From Rickettsia typhi (lineage in GTDB: Bacteria > Pseudomonadota > Alphaproteobacteria > Rickettsiales > UBA1997): a stretch of DNA of 64,000 bases. A program made the translations under genes and the position numbers. Positions 60,304 through 64,000 of the stretch are shown one piece after another. Positions within the stretch are counted from its first letter, which is position 1. Each line of letters opens with the position of its first letter. The notes below the pieces were generated by a model. That model was not told the DNA's origin. It saw nothing but the letters and a program-made list of their open reading frames with translations, and searched no databases. The DNA is taken from positions 5,678 to 69,677 of the forward strand of contig CAMAYG010000006.1 in assembly GCA_945862535.1 (NCBI GenBank), given 5' to 3'.

Positions 60304-61248
60304 CTAGTGATTAAGAAATTTTTCTGCTTCTAAAGCGGCCATGCAACCGGTGCCTGCTGCAGTAATTGCCTGACGATATATTTTGTCTTGAATATCTCCA
60401 GAAGCATAAACTCCAGCAATGTTAGTTGCCGTAGAATTTGGTTTGGTTATAATATAACCTTCTTCATCGACATTAATGCCAGCATCTTTAAAAATTGCCG
60501 AATTTGGCTTATGACCAATTGCCACAAAAACTCCGTCGAGCGATATTTCGCTAGTTTGCTGAGTTAGAATATTTTGAATTTTAACTCCCGTAACCCCTTT
60601 TGGCTTTTCATTTCCTAGCACCTCAAGCAAAACACTATCCCAAATAACCCTAATTTTGCTATTAGCAAAAAGACGGTCTTGTAAAATTTTTTCTGCCTTA
60701 AATTGCTTTTTACGATGCAAAACAATAACTTCGCTAGCATGATTAGTTAAATAAAGAGCTTCTTCTACTGCCGAATTTCCACCACCAACAACTATAACTT
60801 TTTTATTTTTAAAAAAGAAACCATCACAAGTTGCACAACCAGAAACCCCAAAACCTTGAAACTTTTTCTCCGACTCGATACCAAGCCATTTTGCCTGAGC
60901 ACCAGTTGCAATAATTAGCGACTGAGTTAAGTATTTATTGCCAGATTCGCCAGTTAATTCAAAAGGTTTTTGAGTTAAATTTACTTTAGAAATATGGTCG
61001 TGAATTATTTTTGTACCAACATTTGTCGCTTGTTTTTCCATTTGCTCCATAAGCCACGGACCTTGAACTGGATCGGCAAAACCAGGGTAATTCTCGACCT
61101 CGGTTGTAATAGTAAGCTGACCACCGGGCTGATTGCCGTTAATAAGAAGTGGCAATAAATTTGCTCTAGCGGTATAAATTGCAGCACTATAACCTGCAGG
61201 TCCAGAGCCTATTATTATCACCTTGTGAATATTGGTATTTTCTAGCAT
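60304..61248 (-). CDS. trxB: thioredoxin-disulfide reductase
   Basis: GSGPAG, CATCDG, GGGNSA, RQAITAAG.G. Confidence 0.97.
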   Translation of the reverse strand: MLENTNIHKVIIIGSGPAGYSAAIYTARANLLPLLINGNQPGGQLTITTEVENYPGFADPVQGPWLMEQMEKQATNVGTKIIHDHISKVNLTQKPFELTGESGNKYLTQSLIIATGAQAKWLGIESEKKFQGFGVSGCATCDGFFFKNKKVIVVGGGNSAVEEALYLTNHASEVIVLHRKKQFKAEKILQDRLFANSKIRVIWDSVLLEVLGNEKPKGVTGVKIQNILTQQTSEISLDGVFVAIGHKPNSAIFKDAGINVDEEGYIITKPNSTATNIAGVYASGDIQDKIYRQAITAAGTGCMAALEAEKFLNH

Positions 61249-61490
61249 AATAAAGTTTTCTAGGGTTTTCTGAGTATCGTATTGATTAAATCTGATTATA
61301 GATGGTAAATTTAATTATAGTGTTTCCACTAAATAATGGCAGTTTAGCTAAAAATAACGACTATTTTTTAAAAATGCAAGTTTTAATTATATATCAAATT
61401 GACAATAAAATTACTTAAAATATTTTTATTTTAAGGTTTTTTTAAATTCTTACCGCAAACACAATAGCAACTAAACACCAGCGAGATAAA

Positions 61491-61811
61491 ATGCAAAAAT
61501 ATAATAACGGTCTAATGATTTTTAAATTAAAATTTTACCACAACTATAAAAATAAAGTAAAGCAAAGTCAAATTGAGTTCATGAGATATAACCTTTTAAG
61601 GCAAATGATAGACAGCAGATTCGAAGACTCAGAGCCCTTGGAGAGCCAAGAACAAGATGAGCAAGATTTAAGCACTATATTAACTCTAAGAGACTTTCAA
61701 AAAAAGAATAATAACAAATACTTAAAGACTAGCCCAAGCAAGGAAATTAAATGCTTTAAACATTGTCAATTAATTAATCTTAACAAAACAAATTGCCAAA
61801 ACATACAATAA
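61491..61811 (+). CDS. hypothetical protein
   Basis: 106-aa ORF filling an intergenic gap; no motif recognised. Confidence 0.4.
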   Translation: MQKYNNGLMIFKLKFYHNYKNKVKQSQIEFMRYNLLRQMIDSRFEDSEPLESQEQDEQDLSTILTLRDFQKKNNNKYLKTSPSKEIKCFKHCQLINLNKTNCQNIQ

Positions 61812-61829
61812 ATTGGCTAAATTGTGAAA

Positions 61830-63125
61830 TTAGCTAGATTTTGACATTTGCTTCGCTTTTATCCATCGTATTTGATTATATTTCTTTTGTAAAATTTCAA
61901 ATTGATAATCGCCAATAGTAAATCTTACTTTTTCATCCGGGACATAGCCTAGATGGTTAATAATCAACCCTGCTAAATTGTAGGCATCGCCATCTTCTAC
62001 CAAGGTCCAGTGTAATTTTTTATTAAGATTCCTAATCATTGCGGTCCCAGCAATTTTATAATAGCCATTATTAATTTTTATTATATCACTATCATGATTA
62101 ACAGAGCCATCGCCAACATCACCTACAATCTCTGTTAAAATATCTTCCAATGTTATTAGACCTTGTAAAGATCCATATTCATCGACAACAAATGCTATTC
62201 TCTGGCTTTTATGGTTAAATTCTACAAGCTGAGTTCTTAAAGAATTGCTTTGTGGCACAAAAAGAGGCTCTAAGCAGTATTTATCTATAGACAAATCGGC
62301 TAAATTATCTAAAAGATTAGCCTGTAACAAGCGAACATTTCTTAGCATTTTTTTTACATCAAGAACAGCCACGATATTTTCTGAACTATTTTGCCAGAGT
62401 GGTATTTTGCTATGCATTGCAATTATTGCAATGCGGAATATTTCTGCGGTTGGCAAATCTGCATTAATAGAAGCTATATCTTGTCGATGAATCATAATTT
62501 CACAAACTTCAACCTCGGCTAAATCTAACACTCCCTCTATCATCTTGCGATCGTAGCTATATATAAGACCTTCCTTGTGTTTCAAATAAATAGTTTCACG
62601 GATTTCGTTTCTCTCTAATAAATGTTTATCATGAAACTCTTCGCCCGCTTTAAAAAAGAAGTGATTAAGAAAGAAATTTACTAAACGATGAATTAGATTT
62701 ATTAATGGGAAAAACACTTTGACAATTAGCGATATTGGCTTTGCAAAAAGCAAAGATACCGAATCGGAATAGCGAATTGCATATGTTTTTGGTAATATTT
62801 CAGAAAAAATCAAAATTATCAATGTCATAATAACCGTTGCATAAAAAATACCACTATCTCCAAAGACTTTATCGAGAACTATTGTAGCAATTGCCGAAGC
62901 CAAAATATTAATTGCATTATTGCCGAGCAACATAGCACCAATAACCTTATCGCGATTTTGTAGTAATTTTTCAAGAATTTTGGCACTTTTCACTCCTTCA
63001 TTAGCCAAACGATGAGCACGAGCACGAGAAGCGGCGGTAATTGCTGTTTCAAAACAGGAAAAAAGTGCGGATACAAATAGCAATATAACTATTACGATTA
63101 AATTTGTTTCAAGATTCTCAAACAT
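61830..63125 (-). CDS. CNNM/HlyC/CorC family protein (DUF21-CBS-CorC)
   Basis: SALFS..ETA, LLGNN, SEILPK, VVDEYG...GLITLEDI. Confidence 0.92.
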   Translation of the reverse strand: MFENLETNLIVIVILLFVSALFSCFETAITAASRARAHRLANEGVKSAKILEKLLQNRDKVIGAMLLGNNAINILASAIATIVLDKVFGDSGIFYATVIMTLIILIFSEILPKTYAIRYSDSVSLLFAKPISLIVKVFFPLINLIHRLVNFFLNHFFFKAGEEFHDKHLLERNEIRETIYLKHKEGLIYSYDRKMIEGVLDLAEVEVCEIMIHRQDIASINADLPTAEIFRIAIIAMHSKIPLWQNSSENIVAVLDVKKMLRNVRLLQANLLDNLADLSIDKYCLEPLFVPQSNSLRTQLVEFNHKSQRIAFVVDEYGSLQGLITLEDILTEIVGDVGDGSVNHDSDIIKINNGYYKIAGTAMIRNLNKKLHWTLVEDGDAYNLAGLIINHLGYVPDEKVRFTIGDYQFEILQKKYNQIRWIKAKQMSKSS

Positions 63126-63129
63126 AATA

Positions 63130-64000
63130 TTATTTGCTAAGTTTTTTAAAGTGAAGACGAGGATCGATTAAGTAATAACAAAAATCAGCAACAAGATTAG
63201 CTAAAAGACCAGCGAGGCTAAAAATGAATAAAGAGGCAAATATTATGGGGTAATCCCTAGTGTTCATGGCCTCGAATGTCATAAGACCAAGACCATCCAA
63301 AGAAAATATTACTTCGATTAAAATTGACGATGTAAAAAAAACCGTAATGATTTGGGCTGGTAAGGAGCCAATAATCAGCATCAAGGAATTGCGAGAAATG
63401 TGAAAATATATCATAGAATTCCAACCTACGCCCTTATTTATCAGCATTTTAACATAATTCTTATTAAATTCTTCCAGAAAATTATTGCGGCAAAAAATTG
63501 CTAGAGATGCCAGAGAAGTTATGGTAATAACAAAAATTGGTAAAAATAGATGCCACAAATAGTCGAGAATCTTTTGCCACCATTTTAAATTAATAAAATC
63601 AACAGAAGTTAGTCCTTTCAGGGGGAATATTGCAAAAAAATTCCCTCCACAAAAAATAGATATCAATATAACAGCAAGAACAAAACTAGGAACACAGCTA
63701 GTTAAAACAAGACATATATTGCTAATCTTATCAAAAGCAGAATTTGCATATACCGCCTTCTTCACCCCGATAGCAATAGAGATAATATAAGTAAGCATTA
63801 ATGTCCAGAAGCCGAGTGACAGAGAAACGGGGATTTTTTCTATAATTATATCAATAACCTTTGTGTTTTGATAAAAACTTTCACCAAAATCAAAAAATAT
63901 AAAGCTTTTTAACATTAGGACAAACCTTTGATATATGCTTAAATCGAAACCGAATTGCTTTTTTAATTTTCCTACCGTTTCGTCGTCTAAAGCAGATTTT
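63130..64000 (-). CDS. oligopeptide/microcin C ABC transporter permease (YejB-like), 5' end outside the window
   Basis: frame open to the window edge; FDFGES, DYLWHL.LP, IEVIFSLDGLG, RDYP, IDPR. Confidence 0.88.
   Translation of the reverse strand, partial: KSALDDETVGKLKKQFGFDLSIYQRFVLMLKSFIFFDFGESFYQNTKVIDIIIEKIPVSLSLGFWTLMLTYIISIAIGVKKAVYANSAFDKISNICLVLTSCVPSFVLAVILISIFCGGNFFAIFPLKGLTSVDFINLKWWQKILDYLWHLFLPIFVITITSLASLAIFCRNNFLEEFNKNYVKMLINKGVGWNSMIYFHISRNSLMLIIGSLPAQIITVFFTSSILIEVIFSLDGLGLMTFEAMNTRDYPIIFASLFIFSLAGLLANLVADFCYYLIDPRLHFKKLSK

Noticed and set aside
11623-62490. Numerous 60-145 aa antisense or alternate-frame ORFs within housekeeping genes
   Set aside because: Shadow ORFs overlapping well-supported genes, with no motifs.

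Overview
AT-rich bacterial chromosomal window, most consistent with an alphaproteobacterium of Rickettsiales-like character (split atpHAG, class II DAHP synthase, MaeB fusion, YejB-like permease); the taxonomy is inference. The backbone is housekeeping (msrAB, selO, nrdA, radA, atpHAG, rluD, PBP1A, era, tadA-rsmA-lpxB-gpmI, rpmH-rnpA-fabD, birA, recJ, queA, panB, maeB, murF, trxB, tRNA-Ser and tRNA-Ala). The main accessory elements are: (1) a compact retron-type locus downstream of tRNA-Ser: promoter and palindromic operator, about 300 nt of structured leader, an unannotated 39-aa peptide whose AUG is locked in a perfect 10-bp hairpin, an XRE HTH and a retron RT with a WVDD catalytic motif; (2) a type III R-M system whose Mod gene carries an in-frame insertion of about 320 codons made of palindromic repeats around a DUF559/Vsr-like nuclease with perfect 38-bp inverted repeats; (3) a lysozyme/SLT-like gene between two paralogous exported proteins, a candidate effector-immunity module; (4) an ATPase-only terminase-like gene right after nrdA; (5) three families of REP/MITE-like palindromic repeats, often nested; (6) frequent 12-24 bp tandem micro-duplications inside and at the ends of core genes. 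All calls come from reading motifs by eye, with no database searches.
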